From Chitinophagales bacterium (GTDB lineage Bacteria; Bacteroidota; Bacteroidia; Chitinophagales; LD1), in contig JAXLUM010000002.1 of assembly GCA_046329515.1 (NCBI GenBank), positions 1,039,113 through 1,103,112 on the forward strand: a stretch of DNA of 64,000 bases, read 5' to 3'. This document shows, piece by piece, positions 35,231 through 46,063 of the stretch. A program made the position numbers and the translations under genes. The number at the start of each line of letters is the position of its first letter. Within the stretch, counting starts at the first letter, position 1. Under the pieces are notes generated by a model. That model was not told the DNA's origin. It searched no databases and saw only the letters and a program-made list of their open reading frames with translations.

Positions 35231-36337
35231 TTACTCTTTCAAAAAGCGGGAAGTTGAAAAAGGGGCACCATTTTGTAAAACGGTAAAGCTATACACACCC
35301 GCAGGCCAGGTAGCGACATTTAACTGTTGTGCGCCAATAACTCTATCTCTATAAACAAGCTGCCCTAGGGCATTATAAACCTGAAGAAGCAAATGTTCAC
35401 CTGCCGCGCTGCTGCATTTAAGTAGTACCACGTCCTTTGCGGGGTTGGGGTAAATGGAGAAGGACGGATGGTTTTGCACGGAAGGCTTAATGCCGGTTGC
35501 GGTATCTAACACTGTTATGTTCAGAGTGTCGTAGCTCCACTTATAACCGGCGCAGTCGGGCACACTATCGCGCATGGCTATAAGGTATGTAATACTGCTA
35601 TCAGGGCAAAGCAGGGTGTTCCATTGTCCGTTGGCGAAGCTTGCCCCCGTGTTGGTATTTATCCAATACAGGCTATCGTAAGTGGTGATGTTGGTTTGAG
35701 CCTGGGCATATATGCACTCTCCCAAGTTAAGGGTGGTATCACTATTAGTTATGTGTGCTTCGTTAGCATTCACTAAATAAATAGGGGAGAGGGCGTCAAC
35801 GGCGATGTCTACAAAGGGGATGGAATCGTATTGCGGCCAAAGAATAAACCAGGAATAATTCTGATTAGGTGTAAAGGTTATTGTTTCATGCTTCCAAACG
35901 GTGTCTAACAATTCACTTTGCCAAAGTAATTGGTGACGATCACAACTGTCGCTCCCACCATATATTTGCAAATAGCCAAATGCTTCTGAATTAGCAGAAT
36001 CGGACCAACAAGTTGCATCGTGAAGTTGAAATAGATAAGTATGGCCATTTTTTAATGGACATTGTAAATATTGAGCCAAACTCCCTACGTCCAAAGGAGG
36101 TTGATTTTCCAAAAAAACATAAGCTATTCCATCCACCGGATTTGCTGGTTTCTTATCTGCCAAAACAGTTACTGATGAATCAAGCACTCCACATAATGTT
36201 TCACAATAAGTCCATTCATTTGGATAGCAATATCCAAGACAAGGCGTACCCTCCATAGAAGGATTCTGCAATTGAATTTGCGCCCGGCTGTTTATGGCAA
36301 ATGCAGTAAACAGTAAAAAGCAAAGTAAGGAGCGCAT
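35231..36337 (-). CDS. Secreted protein of unknown function with T9SS C-terminal sorting domain
   Basis: Signal peptide MRSLLCFLLFTAFAINSRAQ. C-terminal IYPNPAKDVVLL ... GVYSFTV CTD. Confidence 0.6.
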   Translation of the reverse strand: MRSLLCFLLFTAFAINSRAQIQLQNPSMEGTPCLGYCYPNEWTYCETLCGVLDSSVTVLADKKPANPVDGIAYVFLENQPPLDVGSLAQYLQCPLKNGHTYLFQLHDATCWSDSANSEAFGYLQIYGGSDSCDRHQLLWQSELLDTVWKHETITFTPNQNYSWFILWPQYDSIPFVDIAVDALSPIYLVNANEAHITNSDTTLNLGECIYAQAQTNITTYDSLYWINTNTGASFANGQWNTLLCPDSSITYLIAMRDSVPDCAGYKWSYDTLNITVLDTATGIKPSVQNHPSFSIYPNPAKDVVLLKCSSAAGEHLLLQVYNALGQLVYRDRVIGAQQLNVATWPAGVYSFTVLQNGAPFSTSRFLKE

Positions 36338-36423
36338 AGGGTAAAATTAAACCTTCCGGGCTTGTTGCTTGTTATTGTTTTCGGCATTTGTTTCTGTTAT
36401 ACATTCGCGCTCAAAATTTGGTT

Positions 36424-37497
36424 ATGAGTCCGCAGGCAAGAAAAGCAGTTGGTGCATGGTTATTTATCGGCTGCGTGATGGTGTTTTTTCAGGTAGTGTT
36501 AGGCGGCATAACGCGCTTAACGGAGTCGGGCCTTTCTATTACCGAATGGAAACCTTTATACGGCACCATACCCCCACTTAATGAACAGCAATGGACGGAA
36601 GAGTTCAGCCTGTATAAGCAAAAGGTGCAGTATCAAATTATTAATGAGGGCATGACGCTGCAGGAATTCAAATGGATTTTCTTTTGGGAATATTTCCATC
36701 GCTTGTGGGCGCGCTTAATGGGGGTGGTGTTCGCCATAGGCTTCATATATTTTCTGCTGAAAAAATATTTTGATAAAGAACTGGTGTGGCCGCTGGTTGG
36801 TTTGTTCTTTTTAGGTGGTATACAGGGTTTTGTAGGTTGGATAATGGTGCGCGGCGGTTTAGATTCTATGTTTGTTCCGCCCCTGCGTTTAACCACGCAC
36901 TTAATACTGGCTTTTATTCTGCTGTGCTATTTAATTTGGATAACGCTAAAGGTATATAGAAGTGGTTCACGGTTCACTGTAATCAGTTCGCAGTTAGTTG
37001 GCCTTAAGTTCTTTTCTGTTGGCCTTGTTGTATTGGTGTTTCTGCAATTGTTTTTCGGCGGGCTGCTATCAGGTATGAAAGCCGGTTTAGCTTACCCTAC
37101 CTGGCCTGATATGAATGGTCAGTTTGTACCCTCTGCTTTGTTTAGCGAGCAACCTACGTTTGCCGGCTTTGTAAAATATGTACCGCAGGATTACTGGGGC
37201 CGCACCTTAATACAATTCGTACACCGCATGACGGCCTACACGCTAATAGTAGTAATTGCTATTTTCTGGTGGAAGAGCCGCAACATAACAACGGATAGCT
37301 TTTTCAAAAAGGGTTTAACAGCTCTGCCGATACTGGTTTTAGCGCAGGCTATACTGGGCATTATTACCGTGTTGAATTGCGTAGGCAAAATACCTGTTGG
37401 CCTTGGGGTGTTGCACCAGGCAGGTGGCATGCTGTTGTTAGCAAATACAGTTTTTATAACTTTCCATCTTTATAACGCAGAGCTTAAACGCGAATGA
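36424..37497 (+). CDS. ctaA: Heme A synthase (COX15/CtaA family)
   Basis: GGITRLTESGLSITEWKP motif. Conserved His-containing helices (FHRLWARLMG, VHRMTAY, LHQAGG). Confidence 0.85.
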   Translation: MSPQARKAVGAWLFIGCVMVFFQVVLGGITRLTESGLSITEWKPLYGTIPPLNEQQWTEEFSLYKQKVQYQIINEGMTLQEFKWIFFWEYFHRLWARLMGVVFAIGFIYFLLKKYFDKELVWPLVGLFFLGGIQGFVGWIMVRGGLDSMFVPPLRLTTHLILAFILLCYLIWITLKVYRSGSRFTVISSQLVGLKFFSVGLVVLVFLQLFFGGLLSGMKAGLAYPTWPDMNGQFVPSALFSEQPTFAGFVKYVPQDYWGRTLIQFVHRMTAYTLIVVIAIFWWKSRNITTDSFFKKGLTALPILVLAQAILGIITVLNCVGKIPVGLGVLHQAGGMLLLANTVFITFHLYNAELKRE

Positions 37498-38774
37498 CGG
37501 AAAAGAAAGGTGGCTGGCTGGCCTACGGAATTATTGTTGTTGCAGCCCTCGGTTACTTCGTAGATATCTACGACCTCATCCTTTTTAATGTAGTAAAGAA
37601 AGAAAGCCTTGAAGCCATAATGAGCGGGGCTACTGAAGAGGCGCGTAACAGCACGGCCCTGTTTCTCTTTAATATGCAAATGACCGGCATGCTGCTGGGC
37701 GGCATAATCTGGGGTATATGGGGAGATAAGAAAGGAAGGCTATCTGTTTTGTTTGGCTCTATCCTTTTATACAGCGCGGCCAACGTGGCTAATGCCTTTG
37801 TGCACGATATAAATACCTACGCTGTTATACGCCTTATTGCGGGCATTGGCCTGGCGGGCGAGTTAGGTGCAGGCATTACGCTTATAACCGAAACCATGGA
37901 TAAGCATAAACGCGGTTACGGCACCATGATAGTGGTAACCTTTGGCGCGTTGGGGGCCGTAGTGGCAGCTATGGTAAATGCCAAGGGCGCGGTTATTACG
38001 CAATGGCTTTCGGGCGTGTTGAATACGCAACTGGCCAACTGGCAAGTGGCTTATATTATTGGTGGTGTAATGGGCTTGCTGTTGTTACTGCTGCGGGTTG
38101 GCACTATTGAAAGCGGCATGTTTAAGAGTATACAACATACCGAAGTGCAGCGCGGCAACATATTGATGCTGTTTAACAGTAAGGAGCGATTTATAAAATA
38201 CTTGTATTGCATTTTTGTTGGCGTGCCCGTTTGGTTTTTAATAGGGCTCATTATTGCCAATTCGCAAAGTACCTGGGCGACTGAGTTAAAGGTGCAGGGC
38301 AAGGTAATTAACGGCGATGCCCTGATGTATGCCTACCTTGGGCTAAGTGCAGGCGATTTGGTTTGCGGCGTGTTAAGCCAGGTTTTAAAAAGCAGGCGCA
38401 AGGTGGTGTTGCTTTACATTTGTAGCAGCGGTTTATTACTGACCTACTATTTGTTTTTTGCACGGAATATTTCGTTGGATAGTTTTTACCTGCTTTGCTT
38501 TTTAATTGGCGCGGGCACCGGCTACTGGGCCATATTCGTAACTATTGCTGCCGAGCAGTTCGGCACCAATATACGCTCAACAGTAACTACTACTGTTCCC
38601 AACTTTGTTAGAGGAAGCGTGCCTATAATTACGTTGCTGTTTACACAATTAAAGCCCGTAACCGGCAATGTGGTGAGCGCTTACATAACCGGACTTATTT
38701 GCCTGGGCTTAGCCTTATGGGCAATATGGCAAATGCCCGAAAGCTTCTCAAAAGATTTAGACTACGCGGAGTAG
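37494..38774 (+). CDS. MFS transporter
   Basis: 12 TM helices and a GDKKGRL loop 2-3 motif. ATGA overlap with ctaA. Confidence 0.75.
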   Translation: MTEKKGGWLAYGIIVVAALGYFVDIYDLILFNVVKKESLEAIMSGATEEARNSTALFLFNMQMTGMLLGGIIWGIWGDKKGRLSVLFGSILLYSAANVANAFVHDINTYAVIRLIAGIGLAGELGAGITLITETMDKHKRGYGTMIVVTFGALGAVVAAMVNAKGAVITQWLSGVLNTQLANWQVAYIIGGVMGLLLLLLRVGTIESGMFKSIQHTEVQRGNILMLFNSKERFIKYLYCIFVGVPVWFLIGLIIANSQSTWATELKVQGKVINGDALMYAYLGLSAGDLVCGVLSQVLKSRRKVVLLYICSSGLLLTYYLFFARNISLDSFYLLCFLIGAGTGYWAIFVTIAAEQFGTNIRSTVTTTVPNFVRGSVPIITLLFTQLKPVTGNVVSAYITGLICLGLALWAIWQMPESFSKDLDYAE

Positions 38775-38782
38775 TTTTTTAA

Positions 38783-38987
38783 CCACATAGAAACAAAGAA
38801 ACATAGGTGGGTATAAAACTATGTATTGTATATGTATTACCGGCACTACTATACTGCAGGTATGCTAAGCGCACATTTATAATAAGGGATGCGAGTGTAA
38901 TTACAACTATATAGCAACAAAGAAACATAGGTAGCTATAAAGACCGGTGTTGAAAGCTTTAAGCTATGTACCTACGGTTCTATGTGG
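38783..38987. repeat. Intergenic repeat element of about 205 bp (10-bp terminal inverted repeat, 17-bp internal direct repeat)
   Basis: CCACATAGAA (38783-92) pairs with TTCTATGTGG (38978-87). AACAAAGAAACATAGGT occurs at 38792-38808 and 38916-38932. Confidence 0.45.
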
Positions 38988-38994
38988 TGGTGAT

Positions 38995-40074
38995 TTATAA
39001 AAACGGCGTTTTTACTACAGTTGCTTTAATGGGTTGGTTGCGGATATCAATGTAAATCTCGCTGCCGATAGCTGAGAATTCTGTTTTTATATAACCTAAG
39101 CCAATAGCTTTACCTAAGGACGGCGATTGCGTGCCTGAAGTTACTTCGCCTATTTCATTGCCTGCGGCATCTTTAATTTTAAAATGCTGACGTGGTATTT
39201 TACCCTTCTCGCCAATTTCAAAACCTACCAGTTTTTTCTTCGGGCCTTCGTCCTTAATTTTTTTGTGGTAGTCGCTCATGGTAAAGCTCTTGGTAAACTT
39301 GGTTATCCAGCCAAGGCCAGCTTCAATAGGCGAAGTGTTGTCATCAATATCATGGCCGTATAAACAGAAGGCTTTTTCTAGGCGCAATGTATCGCGGCAG
39401 CCGAGTCCGGCAGGCACAATGTCAAATTCTTTACCGGCTTCAAACACGGCATCCCACAATTTACGGGCATCGCCGTTCATTACATACAACTCAAAACCGC
39501 CGGCACCGGTGTAGCCGGTGTTCGATATAATTACATTTTGTATGCCGGCCATTTCGCCCACAGTAAAGGCGTAGTATGGTATAGCATCTAAATTAACGCC
39601 TGTAAGTTTTTGCAGCGTTTTAATGGCGTTAGGGCCCTGCACAGCCAGCAACGAAAAATCATTGCTCATATCTACCAACTCAGCACCAAAGCTATTGTGG
39701 TCTTTAATCCAGTTCCAGTCTTTTTCAATATTGCCGGCGTTTACTACTAAGTAATATTCATCGGCCTTAAAGCGGTAAACCAGCAAATCATCTACAATAC
39801 CGCCTTGGTCGTTAGGCATGCAGCTGTACTGCACTTTGCCATCTGTAAGTTTAGCGGCGTCGTTAGTGGTTATTGCTTGTATAAGGTCTAAGGCCTTTTC
39901 GCCCTTTACACGAAACTCGCCCATATGGCTTACATCAAACACGCCAACGCTGTTGCGCACGGCTTTGTGTTCTTCATTAATGCTGCTGTAAACAATAGGC
40001 ATATTAAAGCCGGCAAACTCGGCCATTTTAGCGCCAAGGGAAATGTGTAACTGGGTTAAGGCGGTTTCTTTCAT
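38995..40074 (-). CDS. gcvT: Glycine cleavage system aminomethyltransferase (T protein)
   Basis: [21 protein letters not shown] ... [12 protein letters not shown] ... [11 protein letters not shown] motifs. Confidence 0.9.
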   Translation of the reverse strand: MKETALTQLHISLGAKMAEFAGFNMPIVYSSINEEHKAVRNSVGVFDVSHMGEFRVKGEKALDLIQAITTNDAAKLTDGKVQYSCMPNDQGGIVDDLLVYRFKADEYYLVVNAGNIEKDWNWIKDHNSFGAELVDMSNDFSLLAVQGPNAIKTLQKLTGVNLDAIPYYAFTVGEMAGIQNVIISNTGYTGAGGFELYVMNGDARKLWDAVFEAGKEFDIVPAGLGCRDTLRLEKAFCLYGHDIDDNTSPIEAGLGWITKFTKSFTMSDYHKKIKDEGPKKKLVGFEIGEKGKIPRQHFKIKDAAGNEIGEVTSGTQSPSLGKAIGLGYIKTEFSAIGSEIYIDIRNQPIKATVVKTPFL

Positions 40075-40186
40075 GAATACAGTATAAAGTAGTTAGTAGT
40101 AAGTATATAGATTTAAGGAAGGCGAATGTAATGAGAAAAGGGAATTATGGTTATTGGCGCTTTAGTTATGTATTTATATTCACCCC

Positions 40187-41122
40187 ATGAAGTTTAAAGA
40201 ACCCATTGCGGTTAAGCAGATAGCAGAATGGACCGGCTGCGAGATAATTGGTGATGCCACCACTTTTGTAGAGGGCCTAAATGAGATACACAATGTACAG
40301 GCCGGTGATATAACTTTTGTTGACCACGAAAAGTACTATGACTTTACTTTAAAGAGCGCAGCCAGTTTTATCATCATCAACAAAAAGGTGGAAGCTCCTG
40401 CGGGTAAAACATTACTGTTTACGGAAAATCCTTTTGCGGCTTACAATCATTTGGCAGAAAAATTCAGGCCTTACTTATGGCAGGAGAAACCTATTGCCGC
40501 CAGCGCCGAAATTGCAGCAGGTTGCACCATTTACCCCAGTGTGTTTATAGGCGAAAAGGTAAAAATGGGCAAAGGTTGTATTATACACCCCAACGTTACT
40601 ATTTACGCTTATACCGAAATTGGCGAGAACGTAATTATACATGCCAACAGCACTATAGGGGCTGATGCATTTTACTACAAGCGGCATAAAACGCACTACG
40701 AAAAAATGCATAGTGCAGGGAAGGTGGTTCTGTGCGACAATGTTGAAATTGGCGCAGGCACCACTATTGATGCTGGCGTTTCAGAGGATACCATTATTGG
40801 CAAGGGCACTAAAATTGACGACCAGGTGCATATTGGTCATGATGTAAAAGTGGGAGAGAATTGCATTATAGCAGGGCAGGTAGGCATAGCCGGTAATACC
40901 AAAATAGGCAATCGCGTTACCTTATACGGTAAGGCGGCAATAAATAAAAACATTGAAATTGGAGACGATGCAGTGATAATGGCTACTACGGCAGTACCTA
41001 ATAATCTGGAAGGCGGTAAAACATACCTTGGCATACCGGCGGTAGAAGCAAGAGTGTTTGCGCGCCAGGCGGCTATTATTAAAAAGCTGCCTGAATTGTG
41101 GGAGAAACTGAAGAAATTGTAA
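40187..41122 (+). CDS. lpxD: UDP-3-O-acylglucosamine N-acyltransferase
   Basis: N-terminal LpxD domain ([12 protein letters not shown]...) followed by left-handed beta-helix hexapeptide repeats. Confidence 0.8.
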   Translation: MKFKEPIAVKQIAEWTGCEIIGDATTFVEGLNEIHNVQAGDITFVDHEKYYDFTLKSAASFIIINKKVEAPAGKTLLFTENPFAAYNHLAEKFRPYLWQEKPIAASAEIAAGCTIYPSVFIGEKVKMGKGCIIHPNVTIYAYTEIGENVIIHANSTIGADAFYYKRHKTHYEKMHSAGKVVLCDNVEIGAGTTIDAGVSEDTIIGKGTKIDDQVHIGHDVKVGENCIIAGQVGIAGNTKIGNRVTLYGKAAINKNIEIGDDAVIMATTAVPNNLEGGKTYLGIPAVEARVFARQAAIIKKLPELWEKLKKL

Positions 41123-41125
41123 AGC

Positions 41126-41752
41126 ATGGCAACAAAAAAGAAAGCAGCTGCAAAAGCGGTGGTTAAAGAAAAATATGCGGGCCCTAAAGACGGTAAGGTG
41201 CGCTGCGGCTGGTGTTTAAGTGACCCTATTTATGTGGAGTACCACGACAAGGAATGGGGTACCCCGGTGCATGACGATAAAATGCTGTTTGAGTTTTTGG
41301 TGCTGGAAAGTTTTCAGGCAGGGTTAAGCTGGCTGACGATTTTAAAAAAGCGCGAAAACTTCCGCAAGGCCTTTGCCAACTTTGATGTAAAGAAAGTGGC
41401 GAAGTTTGACCAAAAGAAATTCGACAGCCTGATGAACGATGCAGGTATAGTGCGCAATCGCCTGAAAATTGAAGCCGCCATAAACAATGCACAACGCTTT
41501 ATGGAAGTGCAGAAGGAGTTTGGCAGCTTTGATAAATACGTATGGAGCTTTGTGGGCGGCAAACCACTGGCAAACAAACTAAAAACCCTACGCGATATTC
41601 AACCCCGTACGGAAATAAGCGATGCCATGAGCAAGGATATGGGCAAGCGTGGCTTTAAATTTCGCGGCAGCACTATTTGTTATGCCTTTATGCAGGCTGT
41701 AGGTATGGTAGACGACCACCTGGAAGATTGCTGGAGAAGGAAGAAGAAATAA
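41126..41752 (+). CDS. tag: DNA-3-methyladenine glycosylase I
   Basis: RCGWC ... YHDKEWGTPVHDD ... FEFLVLESFQAGLSW motifs. Confidence 0.9.
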   Translation: MATKKKAAAKAVVKEKYAGPKDGKVRCGWCLSDPIYVEYHDKEWGTPVHDDKMLFEFLVLESFQAGLSWLTILKKRENFRKAFANFDVKKVAKFDQKKFDSLMNDAGIVRNRLKIEAAINNAQRFMEVQKEFGSFDKYVWSFVGGKPLANKLKTLRDIQPRTEISDAMSKDMGKRGFKFRGSTICYAFMQAVGMVDDHLEDCWRRKKK

Positions 41753-41813
41753 TGCCGAAGCACTAAACCCTAAACTTCGTAACGTTTGTTATTTGGTGTT
41801 TGATTCTTGGGGT

Positions 41814-42401
41814 TTAGAAAATATACGGCACCAGCATTTTCACTTTTTTCTTGTACTCGCTGTAATCACTACCGAATATCTTTTCCAGTTTACGCTCTTC
41901 AAGCAAAGCGCCTATGTAGGTGTACAGATACAAAAACCCAACGCTAAGCAGGTTAATAGCGGTAGGCCAAAGCAAAAACAAGCCCAACACAAACGTAAAC
42001 GTGCCAAAGTACAGCGGGTGCCGTACATATTTATAGAGACCATCCGTGCGTAGGGTTTCCACCTGCTTATTTGGTTGCGGGTTTAAATAACTCCACCCTA
42101 AAAACTCTCCCATATCGAACTTTGCCATGGAGGCCGCCATTAGGCCAAAGCCCACAACAGCTATTAGGGCGGCAGCTACAGTACTGATGGTAGAGGTGGC
42201 AAATAACAGCGCTTCAGCCGGTTGGGTAAGCAGCAGCCAGCTTATTACCCCCAGTAAACTCACAAACAGCATATTATAGGCTATACGGTAAAAACCAAAA
42301 GCCTTACCCAGCTTCCCCTGAAACCATGCCTTTACCTTTAAATCTGCTAACAGGCTGTGCAACAGGCCAAAAACTACCCACAATACCGTTATCCCTATCA
42401 T
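41814..42401 (-). CDS. Membrane methyltransferase family protein (ICMT/PEMT-like)
   Basis: Five TM helices and a GLYKYVRHPLYFG motif. Confidence 0.6.
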   Translation of the reverse strand: MIGITVLWVVFGLLHSLLADLKVKAWFQGKLGKAFGFYRIAYNMLFVSLLGVISWLLLTQPAEALLFATSTISTVAAALIAVVGFGLMAASMAKFDMGEFLGWSYLNPQPNKQVETLRTDGLYKYVRHPLYFGTFTFVLGLFLLWPTAINLLSVGFLYLYTYIGALLEERKLEKIFGSDYSEYKKKVKMLVPYIF

Positions 42402-42483
42402 TCCGCCAAAGGTAGTGCATCATTTTAAAATCAGCCATTTATAAGTTAAAACCGGCTTAATTAGGGGTTCTGCCTTCTTATTT

Positions 42484-42491
42484 TATATTTG
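42484..42491 (+). promoter_or_regulatory. Candidate Bacteroidota -7 promoter box (TATATTTG, fits TAnnTTTG) upstream of hppA
   Basis: Exact match to TAnnTTTG 36 nt upstream of the ATG at 42527. No clear -33 TTTG was seen. Confidence 0.3.
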
Positions 42492-42526
42492 CGCTCCGTT
42501 TTTAAAAACAGTATATAATAAAGAAC

Positions 42527-44818
42527 ATGGAGAATTTAATTTACATCCTTCCACTATTCGGTGTTATAGCCCTGGTTTACATGGCTATTCTTTCCAGCTG
42601 GGTATCTAAGCAAGATGCCGGTGATGACAAAATGAAAGGTATTGCAGGCAACATAGCCGATGGCGCTATGGCTTTCTTAAAAGCCGAGTACCGCATATTG
42701 GCCATTTACGTGGTATTGGCAGGCATTGGCCTGGGCGTTCTGTCTCAGGTGCCTAAAGTGGCGGTTCACTCCAGCTTACTAATAGTAGTTGCTTTTGTTA
42801 TCGGTTGCTTCTTCTCTGCACTGGCAGGTTTCCTGGGTATGCGCATAGCTACCAAGGCAAACGTTCGTACTACACAAGCGGCTAAAACATCTTTAGCGAA
42901 AGCGTTGAAAGTTTCTTTCGGTGGTGGCACTGTAATGGGTTTAGGCGTTGCCGGTTTAGCGGTGTTAGGCTTAAGCAGCTTGTTTGTGTTTTTCTTCTTC
43001 CAGTTTATGGGTGGCAACTTTAGCAGCGGTGGCGGTTACGAAGGCATGACCAAAGTGCTTGAAGTACTGGCCGGTTTCTCATTAGGTGCTGAATCAATTG
43101 CATTGTTTGCGCGTGTAGGCGGTGGTATATATACCAAGGCTGCTGACGTAGGTGCGGACCTTGTAGGTAAAGTAGAAGCAGGTATACCTGAAGATGACCC
43201 TCGTAACCCGGCTACTATTGCCGATAACGTGGGCGATAACGTAGGCGACGTTGCCGGTATGGGTGCTGACCTTTTCGGTTCATACGTAGCAACCGTTCTG
43301 GCTTCAATGGTGTTAGGCAACTACATCATTCGTGATAACGGCGGCAGCATTGCTGACAACTTTGGCGGCATTGGCCCTATTCTTTTACCTATTGCCATTG
43401 CAGGTGTAGGTATCGTTTGCTCTATCATCGGTAGTTTCTTCGTAAGCGTTGGCGAAAATGCAAAGGCTGACACTAACACTGTGCAGAGCGCCCTTAACCG
43501 TGGCAACAACTTCTCTATGCTATTGGCTTTAGCTGCATCATTCGGTTTAATAAAACTGATGTTGCCTGAAACCATTTCTATGAGCGCTTTCAATGCAGGC
43601 GAATTCACCACTATTACCACCAGCAGCTTAAATGTGTTTTTTGCGGTATGTATCGGTATGGTGGTTGGTTACCTTATCTCCATGATAACTGAATTCTACA
43701 CCGGCCTTGGCGGCAAACCTGTTTTAGGCATTGTGCAGAAATCTGCCACTGGTGCAGCTACTAACATCATCGCCGGTTTAGGTACAGGTATGTTGTCAAC
43801 CGCTCTTCCTGTTATCATCTTCGCTGCAGCTATTTGGGGTGCATATGCACTGGCCGGTTTCTACGGTGTAGGTATTGCCGCTTCGGCTATGATGGCTACT
43901 ACGGCTATGCAGTTGGCTATTGATGCCTTCGGCCCTATTGCCGATAACGCAGGTGGTATTGCTGAAATGAGCGAGCTGCCTAAAGAGGTTCGCGAAAAAA
44001 CCGACGTGTTGGATTCAGTAGGTAACACTACTGCTGCCGTAGGTAAAGGTTTTGCAATTGCTTCTGCTGCTTTAACTGCATTGGCTCTGTTTGCCGCTTA
44101 CGTAACACTAACAGGTATCCACGGCATCAACATTTTCGACGCTAAAGTATTAGCAGCATTATTTATAGGTGGTATGATACCGGTGGTATTCAGCGCCCTT
44201 GCTATGAACAGCGTGGGTAGAGCAGCCATGGATATGGTGAATGAAGTTCGCCGCCAGTTCCGCGAAATACCGGGCATTTTAGAAGGCACCGGCAAGCCGG
44301 AGTATGGCAAGTGCGTAGAGATTTCTACCAAAGCCGCCCTGCGCGAAATGTTATTGCCCGGTGTTATTACCATTGTTACCCCGGTAATTATTGGTATTGG
44401 CATGGGTGCTGAAGCCCTTGGTGCATATATGGCCGGTGTAACCGTTAGTGGTGTGTTGTGGGCTATATTCCAAAACAACGCCGGTGGCGCATGGGACAAT
44501 GCCAAGAAGAGCTTTGAAAAAGGTGTTGAGATTGAAGTGAACGGCAAAAAAGAAATCTTCTACAAAAAGAGCGAACCGCACAAAGCTGCTGTAGTAGGCG
44601 ATACTGTGGGCGACCCTTTCAAAGATACTTCAGGCCCATCTATGAACATCTTAATCAAGTTGTCATCACTGGTAGGTTTAACCATTGCCCCGCTAATTGC
44701 GGTGCATACTGCTGAACCTGCTTCAATGAACAACAACAAAGAAGAAAAGCGTATTGAAGTTAAGCAGGAGCCCGTTAAGCCACAGGCTAACGTTGCTAAC
44801 TATACTGACCACATCTAA
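42527..44818 (+). CDS. hppA: Membrane-bound ion-translocating pyrophosphatase (K+-dependent type by GNTTAA motif)
   Basis: About 16 TM helices with [22 protein letters not shown] and [14 protein letters not shown] motifs. Confidence 0.9.
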   Translation: MENLIYILPLFGVIALVYMAILSSWVSKQDAGDDKMKGIAGNIADGAMAFLKAEYRILAIYVVLAGIGLGVLSQVPKVAVHSSLLIVVAFVIGCFFSALAGFLGMRIATKANVRTTQAAKTSLAKALKVSFGGGTVMGLGVAGLAVLGLSSLFVFFFFQFMGGNFSSGGGYEGMTKVLEVLAGFSLGAESIALFARVGGGIYTKAADVGADLVGKVEAGIPEDDPRNPATIADNVGDNVGDVAGMGADLFGSYVATVLASMVLGNYIIRDNGGSIADNFGGIGPILLPIAIAGVGIVCSIIGSFFVSVGENAKADTNTVQSALNRGNNFSMLLALAASFGLIKLMLPETISMSAFNAGEFTTITTSSLNVFFAVCIGMVVGYLISMITEFYTGLGGKPVLGIVQKSATGAATNIIAGLGTGMLSTALPVIIFAAAIWGAYALAGFYGVGIAASAMMATTAMQLAIDAFGPIADNAGGIAEMSELPKEVREKTDVLDSVGNTTAAVGKGFAIASAALTALALFAAYVTLTGIHGINIFDAKVLAALFIGGMIPVVFSALAMNSVGRAAMDMVNEVRRQFREIPGILEGTGKPEYGKCVEISTKAALREMLLPGVITIVTPVIIGIGMGAEALGAYMAGVTVSGVLWAIFQNNAGGAWDNAKKSFEKGVEIEVNGKKEIFYKKSEPHKAAVVGDTVGDPFKDTSGPSMNILIKLSSLVGLTIAPLIAVHTAEPASMNNNKEEKRIEVKQEPVKPQANVANYTDHI

Positions 44819-44837
44819 TCACTATAAACTGTAACAG

Positions 44838-44866
44838 AAAAGGCCTCCCATGGGGGCCTTTTTTAT
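44838..44866 (+). terminator. Rho-independent terminator after hppA
   Basis: GGCCTCC-CAT-GGGGGCC stem-loop flanked by an A-run and a T-run. Confidence 0.7.
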
Positions 44867-44972
44867 TTGCCTTTTAACAATTAAAGGGTTTACACAAGTT
44901 GACACTTTTAAAATGTCAACTTTACTAAAATATTGATTATCAACACTTTAATTTTTTGAAAGTTGACACGCC

Positions 44973-45503
44973 CTAAAATTTAACCATCGGCAGCGGGTTC
45001 AGCGGATGCTGCAAACTGTTCTTCAAAATTCTGCCGAAAATAACGCGGTGGAAGCCTTTACCGGGCAAGGCCGCATTCAGCTCTTTCAGGTAAGCGCCCT
45101 TTACCCCAAAGCGAAAAACGTTGAACGATAAATCAATCAGGTCTGCCTTGCGGAAGGCCTCTGTTAACCCATCGGCCGTAAAGCGGCTAAGCTTATGATG
45201 GTTGTCAATAATAGCGGCAATGCGTTCTGCCTGGGTGCCTAATCCCTTTTCAACGGCGTAAGCCCTGGCCAAGGCAATGCTGGGCGGCAGGTAATCAAAG
45301 GTGTTGGCAGCCCAAATGCCTATATCATGAAAAGCCGCTGCCACAGCCAGCGCCGCCTCTTCGGCTCCGCTAACCGGGCACAACTGCAGGCTTAAATTAA
45401 ACACCCGGTAAACATGGTTGCGGTAGGCCTCGTAATACGGGCCAAGCGCCTGCCGGTGCCGGGCCAGTATATCCTCAATATAGGCGTTGTTGTGGTAAAG
45501 CAC
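44973..45503 (-). CDS. HD-domain metal-dependent phosphohydrolase
   Basis: AAAFHDIG (HD motif) and a downstream DNHH motif. Confidence 0.6.
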   Translation of the reverse strand: MLYHNNAYIEDILARHRQALGPYYEAYRNHVYRVFNLSLQLCPVSGAEEAALAVAAAFHDIGIWAANTFDYLPPSIALARAYAVEKGLGTQAERIAAIIDNHHKLSRFTADGLTEAFRKADLIDLSFNVFRFGVKGAYLKELNAALPGKGFHRVIFGRILKNSLQHPLNPLPMVKF

Positions 45504-45730
45504 GCCGCCAAGGTAAACAACTATAAGGGGCCTGTGGCACGATATACATCAGCCGGCGGCAAGCAGCCGCTAATTTTTCCCGCCCCCTTTTTTGTAAAAA
45601 ACCGGAAAGAATTTACATTTGCCGTCCCTCACGCAAGGATGCAACACCAAACAACAGGTGGGCATAACCGGTAAGAGCAAAAAAGGATGTTTTCCGGCTT
45701 AGTTGCCTGAAACAATAAGGCGGAAAACAT

Positions 45731-45804
45731 TCCTCGATAGCTCAGTTGGTTAGAGCACAAGACTGTTAATCTTGGGGTCCCTGGTTCGAGCCCAGGTCGG
45801 GGAG
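45731..45804 (+). tRNA. tRNA-Asn (anticodon GTT)
   Basis: Cloverleaf: acceptor TCCTCGA/TCGGGGA, D-arm AGCTCAGTTGGTTAGAGC, anticodon loop CTGTTAA, T-arm CCTGGTTCGAGCCCAGG. CCA is not encoded. Confidence 0.9.
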
Positions 45805-45807
45805 CTG

Positions 45808-45835
45808 AAGGCGATACGCAAGTATCGCCTTTTTG
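45808..45835 (+). terminator. Rho-independent terminator after tRNA-Asn
   Basis: AAGGCGATAC-GCAA-GTATCGCCTT stem-loop followed by TTT. Confidence 0.7.
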
Positions 45836-46063
45836 CGTTTATGCCTGGGTGAGAAGAGTCCCGAAATGGGTGGAGACCTCTTTGTTTTACAGCGCTTTAC
45901 GGTTCTCGACGCCTCATTCTGCGTAATTTGTATGCAGGATTTTTCTGCACTATCTGATCCCGTTGTTGAAATAGCTTAAGTATTAAATAAATATTAAAAT
46001 TTTTAAAAATTGAATATTTCTGATATAAATTTCACTTGAAACCAGTTTAAACAGATTGAAATA

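Noticed and set aside
40075-40186. Expected a glycine riboswitch in the gcvT leader
   Set aside because: The 112-nt region upstream of gcvT on the minus strand is AT-rich. It shows none of the conserved GGAGAG...CACCG-type cores or paired aptamer stems, so I found no support for one.
42766-44581. Five antisense ORFs of 76-149 aa inside hppA
   Set aside because: They lie entirely within a very confidently identified pyrophosphatase gene. They have Pro/Ala/Ser-rich low-complexity translations typical of the reverse frame of Gly/Ala/Val-rich membrane genes, so they are spurious.
45414-45674. 86-aa plus-strand ORF upstream of tRNA-Asn
   Set aside because: It overlaps the HD-domain gene start in antisense, has no recognisable motifs and has an odd composition. 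It is most likely non-coding leader or promoter DNA for the tRNA.
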